Positions 28,381 to 37,946 of a stretch of 62,128 nucleotides of DNA are shown here, piece after piece; the first letter of the stretch is position 1; each line of letters begins with the position of its first letter. The position numbers and the translations under genes are program-made. This DNA is from an uncultured Bacillota bacterium (GTDB taxonomy: Bacteria > Bacillota_I > Bacilli_A > RF39 > UBA660). Under the pieces are notes generated by a model, which did not search any database, was not told where the DNA came from, and worked only from the letters and a program-made list of their open reading frames with translations. The DNA lies in contig CAMOVA010000002.1 of NCBI GenBank assembly GCA_946626905.1, positions 1 through 62,128 on the forward strand, read 5' to 3'.

Positions 28381-29331
28381 TTTTTCTATATAATATGCAT
28401 AGTATTCATCATATGTAATTCCTTCATCATGTATCTTTTTAGCAACATCTTTACCAACATAACGATAATGCCATGATTCATATGAATAACCAGTTAAATT
28501 TTCTTTTCCTTTAGGATATCTTAATATAAATCCATATTTGTAAGAATTTTCATTTAACCATTTAAATTCATTTGTCTTTTCAAAACTATCCATTGTACTT
28601 CCATAAGTAACAATATCAAGAGCTAATCCTGTTTGATGTTCTGAATAACCAGCACGCGCTGCAACACTATCAGCCCAAGCACTTCCTTTTTGTGCTGAAT
28701 ATGAAGTCCATAATTGATTTTGATAGTTATAATCTCTATAAGCAGAAGTTATAATAAGATTTAAGTTTTCTGCCTTAGCATCAGTCCACATTTTAAGGAA
28801 ATTATCATAAACTTCTTTTCTGATTTGATTTTCACCATATGAATAATAGTTTTTAACGTTTACTAAATCATTAGGTTTGTAGTTTTTATCTAAGTAATTG
28901 TACTTATTAACTAATAATAAATAGTTCTTAGAAGTATCAGTTTTTTTAATAGTATTTTTATCATAATAATCATTATTAGCTTTAACATTAATAACGCTTA
29001 CTGTATAAGCTAAATCATCATTATCACTTTTTTTATAATAACTAATATAATTGTCTAAATAATTAAATTTAAAATATTTTTGTTTTAAAAATTTAATAAT
29101 TAAATTATTATAAGCTTTATCTAATAATATATCTATTTTTTTATCATCTAGTTTTAATATTTCAGTTATTTCTGCATCTGAATATCCTATTTTAGATAAT
29201 TTATATTTATAACTGTGTAAATAATTAACTCGTTTAATAATACCCATAACTATTAATATCAATAATATAATAGAAATTATACCCATATATAGTGCTTTCT
29301 TAACACTTTTTTTCAATCTTCTTTTCTTCAT
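28378..29331 (-). CDS. VanY/M15B-family D-Ala-D-Ala carboxypeptidase, membrane anchored
   Basis: SEHQTGLALD and ESWHYRYVG zinc-peptidase motifs, with an N-terminal TM helix. Confidence 0.8.
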   Translation of the reverse strand: MKKRRLKKSVKKALYMGIISIILLILIVMGIIKRVNYLHSYKYKLSKIGYSDAEITEILKLDDKKIDILLDKAYNNLIIKFLKQKYFKFNYLDNYISYYKKSDNDDLAYTVSVINVKANNDYYDKNTIKKTDTSKNYLLLVNKYNYLDKNYKPNDLVNVKNYYSYGENQIRKEVYDNFLKMWTDAKAENLNLIITSAYRDYNYQNQLWTSYSAQKGSAWADSVAARAGYSEHQTGLALDIVTYGSTMDSFEKTNEFKWLNENSYKYGFILRYPKGKENLTGYSYESWHYRYVGKDVAKKIHDEGITYDEYYAYYIEK

Positions 29332-29453
29332 ATTATCACCATATTAATTATAAACATTTTTTTTAAATTTGTAAATACAAATGTAAATTTACAAAAACAC
29401 TACATTTAAGCATTAATTAGTATTTAATTCATAAATTTAATTAGAGGTGAATT

Positions 29454-30596
29454 ATGAAGAAGATAATATTAGTATTGATGTTGTTTTTACAACCAATAAT
29501 GGTTTTTGCAAATGATAAACCAACACTTGCTAGTGCTGCTAAAAGTGCTATTTTAATAGAATCTACAACAGGTAAAATAATATTTGAAAAAAATTCTCAT
29601 GAAAAATTGGCTCCTGCATCTATGACAAAAATTATGAGTATGTTAATAATTATGGAGAATATTGATAAAGGTACAATAAAGTGGAATGATAAAGTAACAG
29701 CATCAGCAAATGCTTCAAGTATGGGTGGTAGTCAAATTCTTCTTGAAACTGGTGAAGTTATGACTGTAAAAGATTTATTTAAAGGGATTGCCGTAGCAAG
29801 TGGTAATGATGCTGTTGTTGCTTTAGCAGAGCATATAGCGGGTAGTGAAGAAGAATTTGTTAAGATGATGAATGATAAAGCAAAAGAATTAGGTCTTAAA
29901 GATACAGTATTTAAAAATCCTCATGGACTAGACATTGCTAATCATTATTCAAGTGCTCATGATATGGCTATAATTGCTAAAAATTTAGTTAAATATGAAG
30001 AAGTATTTAAATTTACTTCAATATATGAAGATTATTTAAGAAAAGGAACAGATCGTGAATTATGGTTAGTAAATACAAATAAATTAGTTAAGTTTAATAA
30101 GTATGTAGATGGTTTAAAAACTGGTTATACTAAAGAAGCAGGTTATTGTTTAACATCTACAGCTATAAAAAATGGCATGCGTTTAATATCTGTTGTTATG
30201 GGAGAACCAGATACTGAAACTAGAAGTAAAGAAACTGTTGAGTTATTAGATTATGGATTTGCTAAATATAATGCAAAAACTATAATTGATAAAGGACAAA
30301 TTGTGGATAAAATAAAAAAAGAGAAATCTTTAAAAGAAATAAATATAATTACAAAAAACAAATATTCAATTATTAGAGAAAAGAATAAAAAAATTGGTAA
30401 AATAACATATAAATTAAACCTAAATAATATAAAAATTCCAAGTAAAAAAAATACTAAAGTAGGAACTCTTATAATAAAAGAAAACAATAAAAAAGTAGGT
30501 TATGTAGATGTTGTAAGTAAAGATGATGTTAAAAAAACAAGTATTATTCAATTATTTGGAAGATATTTAAAAAGTGCTATAACAGGTGATATATAA
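29454..30596 (+). CDS. Serine-type D-Ala-D-Ala carboxypeptidase (PBP5/DacA/DacF family)
   Basis: Signal peptide. Motifs SMTK, SGND and KTGYT. Confidence 0.85.
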   Translation: MKKIILVLMLFLQPIMVFANDKPTLASAAKSAILIESTTGKIIFEKNSHEKLAPASMTKIMSMLIIMENIDKGTIKWNDKVTASANASSMGGSQILLETGEVMTVKDLFKGIAVASGNDAVVALAEHIAGSEEEFVKMMNDKAKELGLKDTVFKNPHGLDIANHYSSAHDMAIIAKNLVKYEEVFKFTSIYEDYLRKGTDRELWLVNTNKLVKFNKYVDGLKTGYTKEAGYCLTSTAIKNGMRLISVVMGEPDTETRSKETVELLDYGFAKYNAKTIIDKGQIVDKIKKEKSLKEINIITKNKYSIIREKNKKIGKITYKLNLNNIKIPSKKNTKVGTLIIKENNKKVGYVDVVSKDDVKKTSIIQLFGRYLKSAITGDI

Positions 30597-30655
30597 ATAT
30601 CACTTTTTTATTGATTTTAAAAAACAAAAAATATATAATTAAAATAGGTGAGAGT

Positions 30656-32047
30656 ATGAAGAGGTTAATGATTTTTTGTTTAATGTTATTTCCTGGTATT
30701 TGTTATGCAGAACCTTTAGGTAATAATATAACTTATAGTGGAGTAAATAAATTTGTTACAACCGCAACACAAGAAAATGGTAATTATAATAGTGTTAATA
30801 ATAATGAAAATGCTATATTGGTATCAAATGGGACAATATCTTTAAATAATCCAACAATTAATAAAACAGGTAATTCAAATGGGGATAATGCAGATTTTTA
30901 TGGAATTAATGCTGCTGTTTTAACTTATAAAAATTCTGTTTTAAATATAAGCGGAGGTAATGTAACTACAAATGGTACATATGCCAATGGTTTATTTTCA
31001 TATGGAACAAGTAAAATAAATGCTACAAATACAGTTATAAAGACAACTAATAATAATTCTGGTGGAATTATGGTAGCTGGTGGAGGTAGTATAATAGCTA
31101 ATAATTTAACAATTGATACAGCTGGTAATTCTTCTGCAGCTATTAGAAGTGATAGAGGTGGAGGTAATATAACTGTAAATAAAGGTTCATATAAAACAGA
31201 TGGTATTGGATCACCTGCTATTTATTCTACAGCAAAAATAATTGTTAATGATGCAACTTTAACTTCTAATAAATCTGAAGGTGTTATAGTTGAAGGAAAT
31301 AATTCGGTTATTTTAAATAATGTTAATTTAACTGATAATAATACTAATTTAAATGGACAGTCAGATACTTATAAAAACATATTTTTATATCACTCTATGA
31401 GTCGTGATGCTAAAGCTGGTGTTGGAACATTTACAGCTACTAATAGTACTATTAAAACTTTAAAAGGCGATACTATATTTGTTACTAATACTAGAGCTAT
31501 AATTAATCTAACTAATAATAAGATTATTAATAATAGTGGAGATTTTTTAAGAATCCAATCTTCAAAATGGGGTAATTCATTAGCAAATGGAGGAAATGTA
31601 ACTTTAAATTTATCAAAACAAAAAGTAGAAGGTAATATTATAGTTGATAAAATTTCAACACTAACTTTAAATATGGTAGGAAGTTCTTTAAAAACTTCAA
31701 TAAATAATAAAAATGAAGCTCAATCTATAAATCTTAATTTATCAAAAGATTCTAAATTAGTTTTAACAAGTGATAGTTATGTAACAACACTAAAGAATGA
31801 AGATGCTACTAATTCTAATATTTATTTAAATGGTCATAAATTATATGTTAATGGACAAAGTATAAGTGCTAATGATAAAGAAGAAGAGACAGAAACACCA
31901 CAAGTGATATCTAGTAAGAAAACAACTAAGAATAAAAAAAGTAGTAAAGAATTATACTATATAATCGCAGGTTCTTTAGGAATTTTAATAATTATTACAA
32001 TGCTATATATAATATTTAAAATTAATACAAGAAATAAAATGAACTAA
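30656..32047 (+). CDS. Secreted parallel-beta-helix-like repeat protein with C-terminal TM anchor
   Basis: Signal peptide (MKRLMIFCLMLFPGICYA). Recurrent N/G/T-rich ~22-aa rungs (NxTxxxG). C-terminal TM helix LYYIIAGSLGILIIITMLYIIF. Confidence 0.5.
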   Translation: MKRLMIFCLMLFPGICYAEPLGNNITYSGVNKFVTTATQENGNYNSVNNNENAILVSNGTISLNNPTINKTGNSNGDNADFYGINAAVLTYKNSVLNISGGNVTTNGTYANGLFSYGTSKINATNTVIKTTNNNSGGIMVAGGGSIIANNLTIDTAGNSSAAIRSDRGGGNITVNKGSYKTDGIGSPAIYSTAKIIVNDATLTSNKSEGVIVEGNNSVILNNVNLTDNNTNLNGQSDTYKNIFLYHSMSRDAKAGVGTFTATNSTIKTLKGDTIFVTNTRAIINLTNNKIINNSGDFLRIQSSKWGNSLANGGNVTLNLSKQKVEGNIIVDKISTLTLNMVGSSLKTSINNKNEAQSINLNLSKDSKLVLTSDSYVTTLKNEDATNSNIYLNGHKLYVNGQSISANDKEEETETPQVISSKKTTKNKKSSKELYYIIAGSLGILIIITMLYIIFKINTRNKMN

Positions 32048-32067
32048 AATAGTTCTTTTTATTTACA

Positions 32068-32081
32068 AGAAAATTTGTTCG
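32068..32081 (+). promoter_or_regulatory. Candidate LexA (Cheo) box in the dinB promoter
   Basis: AGAAAATTTGTTCG compared with CGAACNNNNGTTCG (2 mismatches). It sits between -35 TTACAA (32063-32068) and the extended -10 TGATAAAAT (32082-32090). Confidence 0.35.
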
Positions 32082-32107
32082 TGATAAAATAACTTTGAGG
32101 TGATAAG

Positions 32108-33313
32108 ATGGAAAGAATTATAATGCATATAGATGTTAATAATGCCTTCTTATCATGGAGTGCTTTAGATTTATTAAATCACGGATATAAATATGATGTT
32201 AGAAATAGCTATGCTGTTATAGGTGGGGATGAAAAAAGACGTAGCGGTATTGTTCTTGCTAAAAGTACACCAGCTAAAAAAATGGGAATAGTTACCGGAG
32301 AAACTTTATATAGTGCTAGAAAAAAATGTAAAGTATTAAAAGTTTATCCACCGAATTATAAATTTTATCAAAAGATGTCTAAGAAATTATTTGAATTATT
32401 ATATAATTATACCGATGAAATAGAAATCGCATCTATTGATGAATGTTATTTAGATTATACAGGTATAAAACATTTATATGGTGATGAAGTATCATTTGCT
32501 CATAAACTAAAATCTGAAATATATGATAAATTAGGATTTACTGTAAATATTGGTGTAGCTAATAATAAATTATGTGCAAAAATGGCTAGTGATTTTGAAA
32601 AACCATTTAAAGTACATACTTTATATAGTAATGAAATAGAAAAGAAAATGTATCCTTTAAAAGTAGGAGATTTATTTGGAATAGGTAGAAAAACTGTTCC
32701 TAAATTACAAGCATTAGGAATTAATACTATTTCTGATTTAGCTAATTATGATTCTAATAATTTATCGAAATATTTTAAAAATCAAGCTTGTAAGATGATT
32801 GAGTGGGCAAAGGGAATAGATGATAGTATTGTAAAAAAAGATCGTGAAAAAAGAAAATGTTTAAGTAATGAGATAACTTTAGAACGTGATTTTAAATCTA
32901 AGGGTGAAATAAATATTATTTTAAAAGAAATAAGTATGAATTTAGCAAGATTACTTAGAAAAAACGACGGGTATTGTAATGTTGTTGAAGTTCATTTAAA
33001 AGATAATATGTTTAAAACAATATCACATCAAAAAAAATTAGTAAATCCTACTAATTTAAGTACAGAAATATATTCTGCAGCTAAAGCTTTATTAAATGAA
33101 ATGTATAATGATGAATCTATTAGACTTATAGGAATTAGATTAGATAAGTTAACTAAAGTTCATAATCATCAAGTTTCGTTGTTTGAAGAAATAGATACAA
33201 CTACTAACAATATGAAATTAGAAAAAACAATAGATCATTTACAAGAAAAATATGGTAATAGTATTATAAAAAATGCTAAAGCTAGTGGAAGAAAAATAGA
33301 AAAGAGGTATTAA
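32108..33313 (+). CDS. dinB: DNA polymerase IV (Y-family)
   Basis: MHIDVNNAFLS and SIDECYLD catalytic motifs at typical length. Confidence 0.85.
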   Translation: MERIIMHIDVNNAFLSWSALDLLNHGYKYDVRNSYAVIGGDEKRRSGIVLAKSTPAKKMGIVTGETLYSARKKCKVLKVYPPNYKFYQKMSKKLFELLYNYTDEIEIASIDECYLDYTGIKHLYGDEVSFAHKLKSEIYDKLGFTVNIGVANNKLCAKMASDFEKPFKVHTLYSNEIEKKMYPLKVGDLFGIGRKTVPKLQALGINTISDLANYDSNNLSKYFKNQACKMIEWAKGIDDSIVKKDREKRKCLSNEITLERDFKSKGEINIILKEISMNLARLLRKNDGYCNVVEVHLKDNMFKTISHQKKLVNPTNLSTEIYSAAKALLNEMYNDESIRLIGIRLDKLTKVHNHQVSLFEEIDTTTNNMKLEKTIDHLQEKYGNSIIKNAKASGRKIEKRY

Positions 33314-33324
33314 AAAAAGGTATT

Positions 33325-33870
33325 TTAAATACCTTTTATTGCTTCTTTTTTATCACTATCTAAGTTTTTGCCATCAAAATATGTTTTCTTTTTATAATTA
33401 AATATTTTTCCTATTATGTTATGTGGAAACTTAGTTATTAATTTATTATATTCTGTAATAATATCATTATAATATTTTCTAGCCGCAACTATTTCAGCTT
33501 CTGATTCAAATAATCCTAAATCAATTTTAATAAATGCTTCATTATTACTTAATTCTTCATTTTCTTCTTTATATTTACTGAATTCATTAATTGCTTCATA
33601 TAATTGTCTATCTAATTCAAAATTAGATAGTTTTTTTGATTTCATATTTTCAATTGTTTCTAATATTTTTTTCTTATCATCATAATATGGTTTAATTATG
33701 GTAATTGATTTTTTTAATAAATCATATCTTTTTCTAAGAGTAGTATCAATAAAGTTTTCTGCTTCATTAATTCTAATAATATATAATTGATATAAATTAT
33801 ATATAGATGCTAATCCTATTAAAATAAAACAAACAAGTATTACTGTTATTAATATTACATAATATATCAT
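33325..33870 (-). CDS. LemA-family protein
   Basis: N-terminal TM helix and LemA-like AARKYYNDIITEYNKLITKFPHNII. Confidence 0.7.
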   Translation of the reverse strand: MIYYVILITVILVCFILIGLASIYNLYQLYIIRINEAENFIDTTLRKRYDLLKKSITIIKPYYDDKKKILETIENMKSKKLSNFELDRQLYEAINEFSKYKEENEELSNNEAFIKIDLGLFESEAEIVAARKYYNDIITEYNKLITKFPHNIIGKIFNYKKKTYFDGKNLDSDKKEAIKGI

Positions 33871-33911
33871 ATTACCACCAATATAATTATAACAAAAAAT
33901 ATTTTAAATAT

Positions 33912-34277
33912 CTACGATTTTGGCAAAAAATCTTCACTATAATTTATTGGTTCATCAAATGATATAAAATCAACATATATCATTAATAGTAATTCCCATG
34001 TACCTGTTTTAGGATCACTTAAAATGATATGATCTCTTCCTGATTGTTCAATTATTCCTTTAAATTCACGATCACGAAATTCATTTGAATCGGGGAAAGT
34101 CATATGAACTCTTACTTGTTTTCCTTTGTTAAGTCTTAAAATGTTTTCTATATAAGATTGTTCACTAGGTAAAGCCATTGGTTGGAAATTAGTCGCATTA
34201 TTAGTGTAATTTATATTGGTTGGTGGTGTAAAAGTTTGATTAGTAAATAATGGCTTGTTATATAAATTGTTATTCAT
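33912..34277 (-). CDS. gerQ: Spore coat protein GerQ-like
   Basis: EQSYIENILRLNKGKQVRVHMTF...GIIEQSGRDHIILSDPKTG matches the conserved GerQ/YwdL core. Confidence 0.65.
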   Translation of the reverse strand: MNNNLYNKPLFTNQTFTPPTNINYTNNATNFQPMALPSEQSYIENILRLNKGKQVRVHMTFPDSNEFRDREFKGIIEQSGRDHIILSDPKTGTWELLLMIYVDFISFDEPINYSEDFLPKS

Positions 34278-34355
34278 AAAATCATCCTTTCTCTAAAGTA
34301 TATTTATTTTTATAAAAAATATGATTATTTATGATATAATTAAATAGGTGATAGT

Positions 34356-34916
34356 ATGGAAGTAACAATAGGTGTATCAAATAGACATGTTCATTTAACA
34401 AAAGAAACATATATAAAATTATTTGGAAATGAAGATATAGAAAAAGTAAGAGATTTAAATCAACCAGGACAATTCGCATCTAATAGTTTTGTTGATATTA
34501 AAAATGGTGAAAAAATAATAAAGCACGTTCGTATTTTAGGACCATTTAGAGATTATAATCAAGTAGAGATTTCTAAGACAGATTCATATACATTAAAACT
34601 AGATCCACCAGTAAGAGCGTCTGGTGATATTAAAGGTAGTAGTCCTATAACTATTGTAGGTCCAAACGGAGAAATAACTTTAAGCGAAGGTTGTATAATT
34701 GCTGAAAGACATATTCATATGTTACCAAAACAAGCTGAAATGTATGGTTTTGAAGATAAACAAACAGTATCAGTGATTTTAAATGGGGAAAAGGGTGGAA
34801 TAATAAATAATGTCCATATAAAAGTAGCTGATGAATCATATTTTGAAATGCATCTTGATACTGATGATGCAAATGCTCATATGATAAAATGTGGAGATAT
34901 AGGAACTATTATATAG
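34356..34916 (+). CDS. pduL: Phosphate propanoyl/acetyl-transferase PduL
   Basis: Two PduL repeats (GVSNRHVHL..., IIAERHIHM...). Confidence 0.8.
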   Translation: MEVTIGVSNRHVHLTKETYIKLFGNEDIEKVRDLNQPGQFASNSFVDIKNGEKIIKHVRILGPFRDYNQVEISKTDSYTLKLDPPVRASGDIKGSSPITIVGPNGEITLSEGCIIAERHIHMLPKQAEMYGFEDKQTVSVILNGEKGGIINNVHIKVADESYFEMHLDTDDANAHMIKCGDIGTII

Positions 34917-34972
34917 TTCTTTTTTTGACAAAAATTTATTTTAAAATTTAATAAAATAAATATGGTGATTAT

Positions 34973-35140
34973 ATGAAAGTGAAAATATTTGATGAAGAAA
35001 TAGAAAGTGATTTAGAAAAAGTAGTTAATGATTTTTTAAGTAGTGATATAGAACTTTTAGATATTAAGTATCAAGTATCTGCTTCTGTTTTTGGTGAAGA
35101 GCAAATTTATTGCTTTTCTGCAATGATTATATATAAATAA
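34973..35140 (+). CDS. Sporulation protein Cse60-like (55 aa, absent from the ORF track)
   Basis: Hand translation gives MKVKIFDEEIESDLEKVVNDFLSSDIELLDIKYQVSASVFGEEQIYCFSAMIIYK, which fits the Cse60 pattern. RBS GGTGAT. Confidence 0.55.
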   Translation: MKVKIFDEEIESDLEKVVNDFLSSDIELLDIKYQVSASVFGEEQIYCFSAMIIYK

Positions 35141-35143
35141 ACT

Positions 35144-35172
35144 TTGCTATTTTCTTTATTTTTTGTTATAAT
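35144..35172 (+). promoter_or_regulatory. SigA-type promoter upstream of parC
   Basis: TTGCTA, 17-nt spacer, TATAAT, with an extended -10 TG (35164-35165). Confidence 0.45.
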
Positions 35173-35188
35173 TGAATAGGTGACACTT

Positions 35189-37693
35189 ATGAATGAGACA
35201 TTAAATAAAATATACAATTATGCCTTAGAAGAAATCATGGGGGAAAGATACGGTAGTTATGCTAAGGAAATTATTCAAGATAGAGCACTTCCAGATGTAA
35301 GAGATGGATTAAAACCTGTACAAAGAAGAATTCTTTATGCAATGTATCGTGATAGAAACACTTATGATAAACCACATAAAAAATCAGCTACTGCAGTTGG
35401 TAATGTTATGGGTCATTATCACCCACATGGAGATTCTTCTATTTATGATGCATTAGTAAGAATGAGTCAATGGTGGAAATCAAATACACCATATATAGAT
35501 ATGCATGGTAATAATGGATCTATGGATGGAGATTCACCAGCCGCAATGCGTTATACAGAGGCTAGACTTTCTAAAATAAGTAATGAATTATTAAAAGATA
35601 TTGACAAAGATACAGTTGAAATGGCTTGGAACTTTGATGATACATTAAAAGAACCAATTGTTTTACCTGCTAAGTATCCTAATTTACTTGTAAATGGAGC
35701 TAATGGTATAAGTGCTGGATATGCAACAAATATACCACCACATAACTTAGGAGAAGTAATAGATGCAACTATTAAGCGTATTGATTCTCCAAATTGTAGA
35801 TTAGATACTATATTAGATATAATTAAAGGGCCAGATTTTCCAACAGGTGCAATCGTAGAAGGAAAAAATGGAATTATTGATGCTTATACTAAAGGTATAG
35901 GTAGAATAAATATAAGAAGTAAATATGAATTTGTTAAAGATAAAGGAAAAGAAAAAATTGTTATTCATGAAATTCCTTTCGAGGTTAACAAAGCTAATTT
36001 AGTAGCTAAAATAAATGAAATTCGTATAGATAAAAAAATAGATGGTATGGTTGATGTTAGAGATGAATCTGATCAATCTGAACCAATGAGAATTGTTATT
36101 GATTTAAAGAAAGATGCTAATAAAGATTTAATTATTAACTATTTACTTAAAAATACTGATTTACAAGTTTCATATAACTTTAATATGGTCGCAATAGTTA
36201 ATAAAAAACCTATGACAATTGGAATAATTCCAATGTTAGATGCGTATATAGAATTTCAAAAAGAAGTAGTTTTAAGAAGAACTAGATTTGATTTAGAAAC
36301 TGCTAAAAGAGAAATGCATATTGTAGAAGGTTTGATTAAAGCATTATCAATTTTAGATGAAGTAATTGCTACAATTAGAAGAAGTAAAAATAAATCAGAT
36401 GCTAAGGAAAACTTAGTAAAAGAATATAAATTTACTGAAATACAAGCAGAAGCAATTGTTACTTTACAATTATATAAATTAACAAATACAGATGTTAAAG
36501 AATTAGAAGAGAGATGTAAAACTTTAAGTATAATTATTAAAGGTTTAGAATCGATTTTAAATGATGAAGAAAAACTAAAATCTGTAATGAAAGATGAATT
36601 AAGAAGAGTTAAAAAAGAATATGGTGTACCTAGATTAACAGAAATTCAAGATGAAATAACTGATATTAAGATAGATACAACTGAAATGATTGCAAAAGAA
36701 GATGCAATCGTTGTAGTAACAAATGAAGGTTATGTTAAGAGAGTATCTTTAAGAAGTTATGATGAAGCTGCAGAAACTGGATTAAAAGAAGGAGATTACA
36801 TTATTGGTAAATATAAAATGTCAACACTAGATACATTATTAATGTTTACTGATTTAGGTAATTATCTATATATTCCTGTTTACCAATTACCAGATTTAAA
36901 ATGGAAAGAGCTTGGTAAACATATTAGTAATATTATTCCAATAAAAGCAGAAGAAAATATTATTGGTAGTATACCAGTATATGATTTTGAAGATAATACT
37001 GTTGTTACTTTCTTTACAAAAAATGGTATGATAAAAAGAACAAACATATCTGAGTTTAAAGTTCTTAGAAATACAAAACCAATAGTTGGTATAAAATTAA
37101 AAGATCATGATAAATTAGTTGATATTAATATATCAAATGACCCATATATATTTATTTCAACAAATAATGGTTATGGACTTTCATATAATGTAGAAGAAGT
37201 ACCAATTACAGGATTAAAAACAAGTGGTGTTAAAGCTATTAGTTTAAAAAATGATTTTGTAGTTGATGGCCATATATATGGAAAAGATTATGAATATTTA
37301 ACAGTTATTACTGATAAAAATACCGCTAAAAGAATAAGATTATCTGAATTTGAAATAGGAACTCGTGCTAGAAGAGGAGTTCAAATAATTAAAGATGTAA
37401 AGACAAATCCATATAAAATATTAAAAACATTTATAATTGATTATAAAACATTAATTGGAATAAAAACAGCAACAGAAATCACAGAAACAAAAATAACAGA
37501 TTTTCCAATAAGTGATAGATATAAAACAGGATCAAATATATCTAAACTTGATATTATGGATTCGTTTGTTGTAACAGATTTAATAGAAAAAGATCAAAAA
37601 CCAAAAATAGAAAAAGAAAATATATCATTAGATGATGTTGATAAGAAAATATTAACAATTGATGATTTCTTAGACGATATAGAAAATAATTAG
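35189..37693 (+). CDS. parC: DNA topoisomerase IV subunit A (type IIA topoisomerase A subunit)
   Basis: [20 protein letters not shown] and the active-site region [11 protein letters not shown] found no GyrA-box (QRRGGKG) in the C-terminal domain. No parE is adjacent. Confidence 0.75.
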   Translation: MNETLNKIYNYALEEIMGERYGSYAKEIIQDRALPDVRDGLKPVQRRILYAMYRDRNTYDKPHKKSATAVGNVMGHYHPHGDSSIYDALVRMSQWWKSNTPYIDMHGNNGSMDGDSPAAMRYTEARLSKISNELLKDIDKDTVEMAWNFDDTLKEPIVLPAKYPNLLVNGANGISAGYATNIPPHNLGEVIDATIKRIDSPNCRLDTILDIIKGPDFPTGAIVEGKNGIIDAYTKGIGRINIRSKYEFVKDKGKEKIVIHEIPFEVNKANLVAKINEIRIDKKIDGMVDVRDESDQSEPMRIVIDLKKDANKDLIINYLLKNTDLQVSYNFNMVAIVNKKPMTIGIIPMLDAYIEFQKEVVLRRTRFDLETAKREMHIVEGLIKALSILDEVIATIRRSKNKSDAKENLVKEYKFTEIQAEAIVTLQLYKLTNTDVKELEERCKTLSIIIKGLESILNDEEKLKSVMKDELRRVKKEYGVPRLTEIQDEITDIKIDTTEMIAKEDAIVVVTNEGYVKRVSLRSYDEAAETGLKEGDYIIGKYKMSTLDTLLMFTDLGNYLYIPVYQLPDLKWKELGKHISNIIPIKAEENIIGSIPVYDFEDNTVVTFFTKNGMIKRTNISEFKVLRNTKPIVGIKLKDHDKLVDINISNDPYIFISTNNGYGLSYNVEEVPITGLKTSGVKAISLKNDFVVDGHIYGKDYEYLTVITDKNTAKRIRLSEFEIGTRARRGVQIIKDVKTNPYKILKTFIIDYKTLIGIKTATEITETKITDFPISDRYKTGSNISKLDIMDSFVVTDLIEKDQKPKIEKENISLDDVDKKILTIDDFLDDIENN

Positions 37694-37706
37694 AAAGGAT
37701 GATTTT

Positions 37707-37916
37707 ATGTTACATGATATTATATTAATAGTAGTTAGTTTATTAGTTGGAGGAGCAATAGGATTCTTCTTAGCTCGTAAATATATGGAAAAATTCCTAA
37801 AGAAAAATCCACCTATTAATGAACAAATGATTAAAGCAATGATGAGTGGAATGGGTAGAACACCAAGCCAAAAACAAGTTAATCAAATGATGAAACAAAT
37901 GAATAAATATATGTAA
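37707..37916 (+). CDS. yneF: UPF0154 (YneF) small membrane protein
   Basis: One TM helix followed by [29 protein letters not shown], the characteristic YneF motif. Confidence 0.75.
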   Translation: MLHDIILIVVSLLVGGAIGFFLARKYMEKFLKKNPPINEQMIKAMMSGMGRTPSQKQVNQMMKQMNKYM

Positions 37917-37946
37917 AAAAAGCTATAATTATATAGCTTTTTTTTA
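37914..37946. terminator. Bidirectional terminator
   Basis: Stem AGCTATA/TATAGCT flanked by an A-run and a T-run. Confidence 0.6.

Noticed and set aside
29370-29388. A strict WalR box call for the TGTAAA repeats.
   Set aside because: The spacer is 6 nt, not the 5 nt of TGTWAH-N5-TGTWAH. It is kept only as a generic response-regulator-type repeat in the findings.
35189-37693. Calling this type IIA topoisomerase A subunit gyrA.
   Set aside because: I could not find a GyrA-box-like QRRGGKG motif in the C-terminal domain, and no gyrB or dnaA-region context is present. parC is more likely but is not proven without phylogeny.
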